This document shows, in pieces, positions 54,901 through 64,000 of a stretch of DNA of 64,000 nt; within the stretch, counting starts at the first letter, position 1, and each line of letters opens with the position of its first letter. The DNA is taken from NCBI RefSeq assembly GCF_009914755.1, contig NC_060944.1; one strand, given 5' to 3'. The DNA comes from the human T2T-CHM13v2.0 reference genome, Homo sapiens. The position numbers and the translations under genes were made by a program. Below the pieces are notes generated by a model, which did no database searches, was not told where the DNA came from, and saw only the letters and a program-made list of their open reading frames with translations.

Positions 54901-57385
54901 GGAAAGAACCTCAAACTACAAATCAGGAAAGATTATGTGCTTTGGAGTCAGAAGCAGCTCTGTACCAGCTTCAGCTTTGCCAGCAACCTGTGCATGACCC
55001 TGGGCAAGTGGCTACCCTTCTCTGAGCCTCAGTTTTCTCATCTGTAAATGGGACTGATATTGCTTCACCACATATATTCTGAAGATTCATAAGATAATAT
55101 ATGGAAGCTCCTTGCGCTTAGTAGGTGCTCAATATAGATTAGTTCCCTCTCCTTTTCCTGTCCCAATCTCAGGAGGGGTCGAGGGGTCACCTAATTCATC
55201 CCCTATCTCCTGATACAAGAACCACACAGACTCAAATCCTGACCCACTGGAGATCCAGGGGCCATGATCCAATCAATGCCTTCTTGTCTTTCAAACTCAG
55301 CTTGTTTCCTCCTCCAGGCAGCCCTCTCAGATGCCCTCTCATTTGGTTGAAGAGACCTCACCTGCTCCGTTCCTGCCCCGTACACATGCCCCTCTACTCC
55401 ACACCCTCCTCTAACTTCTAGTGTTGCACATCTGTGTCCCCAGCTGTCATGGGCCTCAAGGTATGGACTAAGTTAGGTTTGTCTCTGTCAGAACTCTCTG
55501 TGCCTGGCACACACTAGGTACCCTGACAATGCCTGCAGAGAAAATACAGGGGGTGGGAAAGTTGAATATGTGTGTGTGTGTGAGTGCACGTGAGTGTGAG
55601 CTTGCAAGCTCCTTGAGGGCCAAGCATCTGGCTGTTTATTCCATCTCCCCAGCACCCAGCACGGGGCACAGCACCAAACATATTGAATAAATGAATAATA
55701 AAATATACAACAGTCATCAGACTCCCCCAGTTGTCTTCTAGGATTTCTGGAGGATTCAGCCACTCTTAAATCCCAGGTACAGATGGACAGTCGCTGGGAA
55801 CCTGAAACACTCCAGGCACAGTTCTAGACCTTTTACTGCTGTCTCATTGATGTCTCATCTTGTGCATCAGAGCTTACTCTCTCCCCGTCGTGTAGATGGG
55901 CAAACTGAGGCCCAGAGAGAGTCTAAACCCCACCTAAAGTCACACAGGTAATGAGAGACGGCCCCAAAGCCTGACACCACATTCAGAATTCTTTCTACCA
56001 CATCAAGTGTGGCCAGCCCTGGAGGAGAAATCCCCCTCAAGCCCCATCCCTTGATCATAAACAACATGAAAAACACAAGAGCGATGTTTTCTCATCCCAG
56101 GGGGCTGAAAAATGGGATTTATGAAGCCATTAATTACTTCCTCCTAATTAAATCAAAATTAAATGTGAGCATAGGTACGTTTTCCTTATTAAAGACAATT
56201 AAACGGACAGTGCGGCTACGCAAATAAAATGAGTCCAGGATTTAAACGGAAAGCAAATCAAATAAAAAGCCTCCCCGGGATGAGGGGTCTGTTCACGACT
56301 GTGCTACTCGTAAACCAGGAGTTCATCAATTTTCTTTAAATATTAGCAACTTAATTAAATCTGCTCTCCTCCCCACTTTAATCCTGCCGTATATCTAAAA
56401 TAGATCTCACCACCTACAGGAGTTGGTCATGAGTGCTGACCCCATAATTCTATCTTTTTTTAAAAAATTAAAAATCCTACAAAATCCACATCCAGCTGAC
56501 AGAGGCCTCGGGGGAAATTATAGTTCGGAAAAGGGATTAGTCAGAGTACCCAGATTTTATGGAAATGCTGGGAGGTTGCTTTGAGGGTGGGTGTCGTGAG
56601 AAGGTTCGGGGAGAGGTGGGCCAGGGTTGCCAATGGGGGCAGGGCCGCGGAAGGAGCTGTTTGTGTGGGGCCTTGGCGACAACCGCGGGGCCCAGCGGTT
56701 CCTGTGGGTGCTGACAGGAGCCTGGCGGTGAGTGATGGAGGAGGCGGTTGTAAAATAGGTTACCGTCGGGCGCCCGGGGTTCACTCTGCGGATGGTGCTG
56801 TTGCTAAGCTACCTTTAGAATTCGACAAGGACGGATGCTCCGAGCGGCTCCCTGGGGTGGGGGGAACCAGGAAGCAGTGAATTAACTGAAACCGTGGTGA
56901 AGTCCTTTCTTCCTGAAGAGTGAGAGAGCGTGGTATGAGAGTGTGTGTTTGCATTCATATGTGCCCACACAAGCACTCGTACATACGAGGGACTCAGCTG
57001 GAAAGGGGACAGGTGGCTTTTAAAAGCCCAAGCTCATATTCCTAGGGTTGGGGGGTGGGGTGGGCTAATGACAACCTTCCCCCCCACTTAGTGGTAAGAA
57101 ACTATACTGTTAGGTTGCCAAAAAGACTTTTTGGGATTTGGGGCGGGAGTTCACAGTTAGATGGTACACTCAAGATGGTGGAACTATCCATAATAGTGAG
57201 ACTTACAAGGTGAGACTTAACAACATAAAAGTGAATACTTACTGAGCACGTGCCAGGACCCAGAAAGTATTCTAGGTTCTTGACAAATGCTAACTCACTG
57301 ACTCCCCAACGCCAGACTTTGAGCTAGGTCCCAGTAATAGCCTCACTTAACAGATAAGGAAACTGAGGCACAGAGAGGGTAAAAA

Positions 57386-57704
57386 CAGTTGGCCCTCTGT
57401 ATCCGTGGGTTCTGCATCAGTGAATGCAGCCAACCCAGGATCAAAAACATTCAGAAACAAAATTGGGTCTGTACTGAATGTGTACAGACGTTTTTCTTGT
57501 CATTCTCCAAACAATATAGTATAACAACTACTTGCATAGTATTTACACTGTATTAGGTATTATCAATACTCTAGAGATGATTTAAAGTATATGGGAGGAT
57601 GTGCATAGGTTATCGGCAAATGTTATGCTATTTTATATTGGGTTTTGGTATCCATGGGAGGTCCTGGAACCAATCCCCCATCGAGAGATACTGAGGGACA
57701 ACTG
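57386..57704. mobile_element. Tigger3/MER7-type TcMar DNA transposon inserted into a MIR
   Basis: TIRs cagttggccctctgtatc / gatactgagggacaactg followed by TA; MIR halves on both sides. Confidence 0.8.
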
Positions 57705-58570
57705 TAATGTGCCCAAAGTCAGGAAGATCATAAGCAGCCGAGCTGGGATTTGAGCCCACGCAGTACAGCTCCAGGTGGCCCTTTAACCACACACAATGCC
57801 ACCTCTCATAAGAAAGTGTACATTGGGCAAATATTTGCTAAGAGATGGAAACTTCTTCTCCCTCCCTGGATGGAGTGTTTTTCTGGAGGTGGCCTTGAGA
57901 GTAAGAGAGCAGGGCAGGGGCTCTGGGTGAAGGTGATAGAGAAGGAGGGTGACAAGTCACAACAGCAGTGGCAATGTGGAGAGTGGTTGCTGGGGGAAAC
58001 AGAAAGGGCCCTGGGCCCAGCACAGTGCTTGGCTCCTGGCAGCTGCTTAATATGAGGCTCTTGAAGTGAGCACGGAGATTGTGTTAGGAGACCTGGTTTC
58101 TTGGGTTGGTTCTGCAACTATGTTGCTGTGTAGACTTGGCATGATCTTCTCTGCCTCTGGGCCTCAGTTTCCCCTCCTTCTAATGAAGGGAGCTACAGGG
58201 CCCTCCCCTGCTTATAGACTGTGGTTCCATGAGATGGGGATGGGGTCAGCTCATGCTGTTGAGGTGATAAAGGCTAGGTAGGGGCAGATGAAGGTGTGAG
58301 TCAGCAGCCGGTTTTCTCATCTTTTCAGGATGTGGGTGGCTGGCGAGGCTTTTGCAGAGCCCCAGCTGCTGGGCAGACAGCAAGGCTGAAGTGCCTGGGA
58401 TGACCACCTCCTCTGACATTTAGGCAGATGCATCAGTCCTTCCCTGTCTCCAGGGTTTTCCTGGACCAAAGGTCTTTTCCCAGGTCTGGGAATCTCTGAG
58501 GGGTCTGGAAAATCAGGCTGGGGTTGACCTCTTCTCTTTCTCTTTTGGGGGCTTAAAAACTTCAGCTCAG

Positions 58571-58883
58571 GGGAACAGGTGTAGTGGCTGACTTCTGTAA
58601 TCCCAGCACTTTGGGAGGCTGAGGCAGGTGGATCACTTGAGGTCAGGAGTTCAAAGCCAGACTGGCCAACATGGTGAAACCTCATCTCTACTAAAAATAC
58701 AAAAATTAGCTGGGCATGGTGTAATCCCAGCTACTTGGGAAGCTGAGGCAGGAGAATCGCTTGAACCTGGCCGAGGAGGTTGCTGTGAACTGAGATCGTG
58801 TCACCGCACTCCAGCCTGGGTGGGCAACAGAGCAAGACTCTGTCTCAAAAAACAAAAACAAAACCAACAACAACAACAACAAA
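58571..58883 (+). mobile_element. AluS with short internal deletion
   Basis: Dimer with (CAA)n-type tail. Confidence 0.9.
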
Positions 58884-61075
58884 CACTTTAACTCACACAG
58901 GTTCAACTCTTGGCCATGCCACTCGCCCACTCTATGACTTTGCCCTCTGTTACTTTGGTTTCTTTACCTACAAAAGGGAATGATGATTTCTACCTTGCAG
59001 TTTAAGGGTTAAGTACTTTATATGGGAATAATAAAAAACAGCAACAACAAACAAACAAGCCACAGGCTGAACACTTTATGTGCTCTGTTTTCTTCTTTAA
59101 TCTTCAACAACCTTAGGAAGCTGGCTCTCTGAGCCCCTGTTTTTACAGATGAAGAGACTGAGTGTTGGGGCAGTAAAGTAACTTGTTCAAGGTCACTCAG
59201 TGAAGGGATTGGCAGAACCAGGCCTCAAACTCAGGTGTGTCTGCCTCCAAAGCCTTCATTCTTAGCTGTTTCACCATTGGCTACTACCTATCATATAGCA
59301 GGCTTGGTCACTCCATCCCCAGCCCTTGCCCCATTCTACCAGCGTCACCATCTCCCACACCTGTCTGGGAGTCAGGAGTCCTAGGCCCTGCCACTAGGTT
59401 GCTGGATGATCTTGAGCAAGGCCTTGAACCTATCTGAGCCCTGTCTGTCAAATCCTTGCTCAGCTTAATTGTGGGAATCATTCATTCATTCATTCATTCA
59501 GCCACATGTATGGAGCTTTGGGCCAGGTATTACTGTGTCTAGACCAGAGAAAATCTGAGCTTCCTGCAAGGCAAACCCAAAGGTTTACATCTAGATTTTC
59601 CTTCTCTCCTTGTCAAGGATCCTGATCTCTGAGCCTCAGAACTGCCTCCCGGTTCCCAGACTCATTTAAGCACACAGGAAGCTCTGGAGTTTTCTTTCCC
59701 CACCCACATTGCTGACCAAGACTTCCTGGAAAGCTAATTGGCCCTAACAAAAGCCAGATACTGTCCCGGGGCACCACCCCACTTTCATGCCCTACAATCA
59801 CCCTCCACTTCAACACCTTAACTGCTGACAAGGCTCTGAGCAAACCAGCTACCTTCAGGTTTCCAAGTCTTTGATTAGGTTACGTCCTCTTTCCCACCAG
59901 CCTGATGAACTCCTACACGTATGTCAAAACCCAGTTCAGGTGTTTTCTCCTCCATGAAGCCAGACAAAATATACTATTTAATGATTGCCTACTCAGTGCC
60001 TGGTGCTGACTCATGAAGCTTTTCATGCACCAGGGTGCCTCTGCCACTCTGGGGATCCCCAAAGTGGCAGAGGCTGGATCTCACTCACCTTTTCTCCCCA
60101 GCATCACACATGGGCCCCACAAGGGGCTCAGGAATTGAATGGATGAATAAAAGTCCTTCTCAGCTCCTTATATGCCTATGTTATAGATCTTCAGCCAGAT
60201 TTACCAGCATTTACTCAGAGAGTTTGAGAAAGTAGTTTCATTCATTCATTCATTCATTCATTCACTTAATAAACCGTTTGCAAGCAATGTCTGTGCTAGG
60301 CACTGGGGATTTCGCGGCGAGCATAACAAACATGGTCTAATAGAAAAGACACACATTAATTGCACAATGAAACAAACACATGCATAATTAAAGTGTTATG
60401 AAGGAAAGATGCTGGGACCTCACGGGGGATGTGACAGCAGATCTGTCCTAGCCTGGTGTGGGCAAGAAGGGTTTCTCTGAGAAAGTGGCATTGGAGCTGT
60501 AGTGTGAGTGTAAGGTCATCAGTGGAAGGAGCAGGAAAGGGCAGTTCAGCAGGAGAAACAACTTAGGCAAAGGGGCAGTGGCAGGAGTGTGCATGGGACG
60601 TTGACTTTCAGAAGAGCAACGGAAGGGCAGTGAGGCTGAAACTCAGAGACTGTGGCAGGAGATGAGGCTGGAGGAGCCAGATCTTTGTAGTCAATGGATA
60701 GAATCTGGGCTAGACCCCAGTGCATAGGGAGCTGCTGAAGAATTTTAAGCAGAGTGGAGCAGCTAGAGTATGTGTGTGAGATGATCGGATTTGCAAACTC
60801 GTTCCTAAATCCCACATGCATCTAGCTACAGGATGGAATGGGATTGCCTGCTGGGCTCTTTCTAAGATGCAAAAGGGAGGGGAAGGAGAGGAGGGCATGG
60901 GGCGGAGTGGGAGTGGGAATGGGGCTCTGGGCCCCCTTATCAGTCCTTGGCTAGGGAGCAGAAGAGGCACATGAAACATGGATTTAAAAGGGCAGGTGAA
61001 CAAGGGTTTCTTGTATCTACCCGTGGGTGTCCCCAGGGTCCTGGGATCTGGAGTTGGAGTGGGGCCCCACTTTAC

Positions 61076-61330
61076 CTTGCCCACATACAGGGGCTCCGTG
61101 CCCGTGTACTCCTCTACCACGAAGAACTGGTTCCACACCCAGCCGCGTTTGACGCGGCCGGCTCCCAGCGCGCCGTCCTGCCGAGCTCCGGGCGCCGACG
61201 GCGAGGGTGTGCCCGCTGCCCACAGGCGCCCCAGCAGCGTCGGCGGCGGCGGCAGCAGCAGCAGCAGCAGTAGCGCGGGGGACAGCGCGACTCCCGCCCG
61301 GAGCCCCCTACCTTCGGGCCTCGGCCTCAT
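61076..61330 (-). CDS. CDH22: CDH22 first coding exon (exon 2): signal peptide, short propeptide, RVKR furin site, start of EC1 with W2/W4
   Basis: ATG at 61330; 255 nt = 85 codons ending YVGK; donor AAG|gtaaag; GWVWNQF is the type II cadherin N-terminus. Confidence 0.96.
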
Positions 61331-61690
61331 CCTTGGCCTGCGCGGGGCTGGGGCCCAGGAGCATGGACGAGAGGCACCAGGGCGCCGCTGCTTGGTCGCA
61401 CAACGATGCGGCGCCGTGTCACATGGTGGCCTCAGCGCGGCCGCCGGGATGTCGCCCCCGACGGGGCACCCGGACGGGCCCGCGGCCCTGAACGCCGCCC
61501 AGCCGCGGGGGTACCCGGCTGGAGGGGGAGGGGGCGCGGCCGCATCCGGGGCATGGACAGCCCCCGGGGTGCCCGCCCGCGCCCCCCTCGCCGCGTCGCG
61601 TGCGGATCACCAGGCAGCACCTGGACAGCTCCAGAGTCGGGGAAGCGCCATGGTTCCTGCGCAGAAAGGATGCGGGTTGGGGCCGGCAGA
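61090..61690. promoter_or_regulatory. CpG island over exon 2
   Basis: Very high GC and CpG density compared with the CpG-depleted flanks. Confidence 0.85.
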
Positions 61691-61729
61691 TCCTGCCAGG
61701 ACTAGGGGCCTTCCCTTTCCATCAGGAGC
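61331..61729 (-). other. CDH22: 5' UTR part of exon 2 (399 nt), GC-rich, with multiple uAUGs
   Basis: Strong acceptor gttttcttgtttctcttgcag|G at 61731/61730 implies an upstream non-coding exon outside the window. Confidence 0.75.
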
Positions 61730-64000
61730 CTGCAAGAGAAACAAGAAAACATTAGAGGGGCTTCTGTGTAGGGGGAGGGCAAGTTGAGTCTATCTTTCCT
61801 CTTGTAGGTACTAATTAAACACCTGCTGTGTGCCTGGTACTGTGCAGGGTGGGACAGGCATCATAGCAACTCACAGTGGTCCCCTCTTCTTGGAGCCCAT
61901 AGTCTAGTAGGCGCCCTCTCCCGCACATCGCAGCCTCTCCTTTCACCTGGCATCATACGCCCTGTACTCCCAATCTCCTACGCCTTTCTCACAGCCCCTG
62001 CCCCGCTCAGCCCTCATGCCCACACAAGGAGAGACCCTAGTAGGCAGTGCCCCTGACCTGGCTGACAATCTCTCCAGCCCTGCCCAGCCCCCAGAAATCC
62101 CCCACCCTAGGTGCTTCTAGAAGGCATCTTCAAGAGCCCCCAAGACCCAGGCCTCCTTGGTGCACAGAAGTCCAGCACCCAGCCCACCACCAAATATGCC
62201 TGCCTTCCTATCCATCGCAGCACAGACAGGTCATTCCATCTGAAACAGGCACCAAGGGAAGGCCCTCTGATGTGCTCGTACCCCCACACCAGCTTCTAGG
62301 GATACAGCACCTGAGTCCCAGAGGGCCTGGCTTGGAGACACCCTCAGTGACTCCGGGCAGGGTCACAACCCCTCTGAGCTTGCCTCTGGTGCCTCCACAT
62401 TCCCCCAGAAAATATTTCTTTCCCAGAGTCCGAGAGACATCTTTCCTCCCCACTCTTGGACCAGCCTGCCGTCCCCAGATCCATCCATCTCTCTTCCCTT
62501 CTCTCTATCAGATCCTGCTTTCAGCAGGAAAGGATCTGAGGGACTAACGCCTACTCAAGCCATAAGATGAATAATGGCTTAATGTGGGTGTTTACAGGGG
62601 ACAGCGATGCTGCTTAATGGAGGAATTTCAGGCACAGAGAGGAGTGTGTGGAGGTGAGGGGCTCAATCCCCACTTCTCCTTCTCCTGATCCCAGTTCAGC
62701 TCAGTTCAACAGCTCAGTTCCACCAAGCTTCAACTTTGTGCCAGGTTTGGCCAGTTGCCAGGGGCAAGGTAAATAAGCTCACAGTTTAGTGGGGTGGAAG
62801 GTGAAACCCTTCTTATAACAACCTAAATGCTAGGTGGCATATGATCGGGGCTATAAAAGTGTCTGTGTGGACAACCTGAGACCTGTGGGGCTCAGGGAAG
62901 GGACTGAGCTCGGGTGTTTGGAAAGGGAAAGTAGGCGGGAGGCAATCAGGGTTACTTCTTGGAGGAGGCGGCATCTGAGCAGATGGGAAGAAAGGGATGG
63001 GCATTTCAGGCAGAGGAGTGTGCATGGTGGCTGAGTGGTCTGGCCAGTTTGGGGAGTTAGATTGTGAGCAGGGGTGTGTGTTTGGGCAGATGGTGTGTAG
63101 TGGGTTGGGGTGGGAGGCTGACCTGGCCCTAGCCAGATCTTCCTGAGAACAAAGAAAGTGGCCTAACTCTAGGGAGGAAGAAACGCAGACCACCTTCTTT
63201 AACCCAGCATCACAGTGGGCAATGCCCTTCCCTTTAACTCACGGGAATCACAACTCTGAAAATTGTCTTATGCCTATTTTGCAGATGCCTAATTCCCCAG
63301 TGCTTTTTTTTCTAGCATCTCCTCCGGAAAATCTTTATGGAAGGAGTTTCAGGGTAGGGAGTCATTGCTGGAAGGTGAGGGTGACGGTGAAGGGGTTAAG
63401 CTGTAGTTCTGGGCAATGAGAGTGGGAAAACGTCCACACTCCATAGGGAGGGATGGAGGGAGGGGTCTGGAACACGCTGTTCCCTCTTTCCCTATAGGTC
63501 CAAGCCTGAACTCATGGGGTCAGGAGGACCCATGATCCTGTGGTGAACATACCCTGCCTGGTATGACTTCTATGGGCCTGGGCACGAGGCTTCCCAACCC
63601 TGGCAGCCCTGCTCCGCAAGCCCTGCTCTGTGCTGCCACCTCCAGGGATCCGGCTTTGATTCCCTGCATTATGACCTGGGCTGGTCGTAATGAGACTGGA
63701 GTTATGGGTGAGGAGGAGGTGCAGCTCCAAAGCCTTCATTTCCTGGAGCGTATGGCTTCCCTGCGTGCCCCATGGGAACTGTTCCCCCAACTCCAACAAG
63801 CAGCTCCAGGGCCCATCACAGCCCTGCAGGGATGCAGAGGAGGGGAGAGGCTGAAGGGAGAGAGAATTTGGAGGGAGGCTGCTGTCACTTCTGGAGAGGG
63901 CTGTGGAGGTCGATGGAGTGGCATGTCAAGGGGAGATCTGCCAGTGTTCACGGGCACCAAGCTGTTGCTCTCCTTCCCTCCTTTCCTTTATTTCTTTGTT

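Noticed and set aside
57118-57134. Palindrome CCAAAAAG-A-CTTTTTGG
   Set aside because: An 8-bp stem is expected by chance in 64 kb, and it is low complexity.
61531-61545. uORF segment MRPRP identical to the CDH22 N-terminus
   Set aside because: Codons differ and R/P are expected in GC-rich DNA; probably coincidence.
61613-61632. RE1-like CAGCACC-T-GGACAGCTCC in the 5' UTR
   Set aside because: Spacer is 1 nt instead of 2, so it is not counted as canonical; only ChIP could rescue it.
60978-61787. 269-aa ORF antisense to exon 2
   Set aside because: Stop-poor shadow of a GC-rich CpG island and CDS.

Overview
Eukaryotic, primate (Alu-rich, most likely human) genomic DNA containing the 5' and middle part of the type II classical cadherin gene CDH22 (cadherin-22/PB-cadherin) on the minus strand. 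Seven coding exons (61330-61076, 51288-50994, 37654-37535, 27059-26892, 23254-23061, 20626-20373, 9625-9489) all have GT-AG boundaries and splice in frame into 1423 nt of CDS: signal peptide, RVKR furin site, GWVWNQF, EC1-EC3 and most of EC4. The non-coding first exon and the 3' exons lie outside the window. Introns are filled with Alu, MIR, L2, L1M, MLT1 and DNA-transposon relics plus simple repeats; most ORF-track entries are spurious. The best non-coding signals are: (1) three REST/NRSF RE1 silencer motifs within about 1.5 kb of intron 3, two of which appear to have arisen in a MIR SINE and then been locally duplicated, with one copy inserted into another MIR; (2) six upstream AUGs in the 5' UTR, including a Kozak-perfect start-stop element and an overlapping uORF; (3) several non-repetitive homeobox/SOX/MEF2 motif islands that look like developmental enhancers; (4) a sense-strand (GAA)12 in an Alu tail; (5) long UG- and CA-rich tracts beside exons. 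Exon numbers assume one upstream non-coding exon. Repeat family names and boundaries are by-eye calls from memory of consensus sequences.
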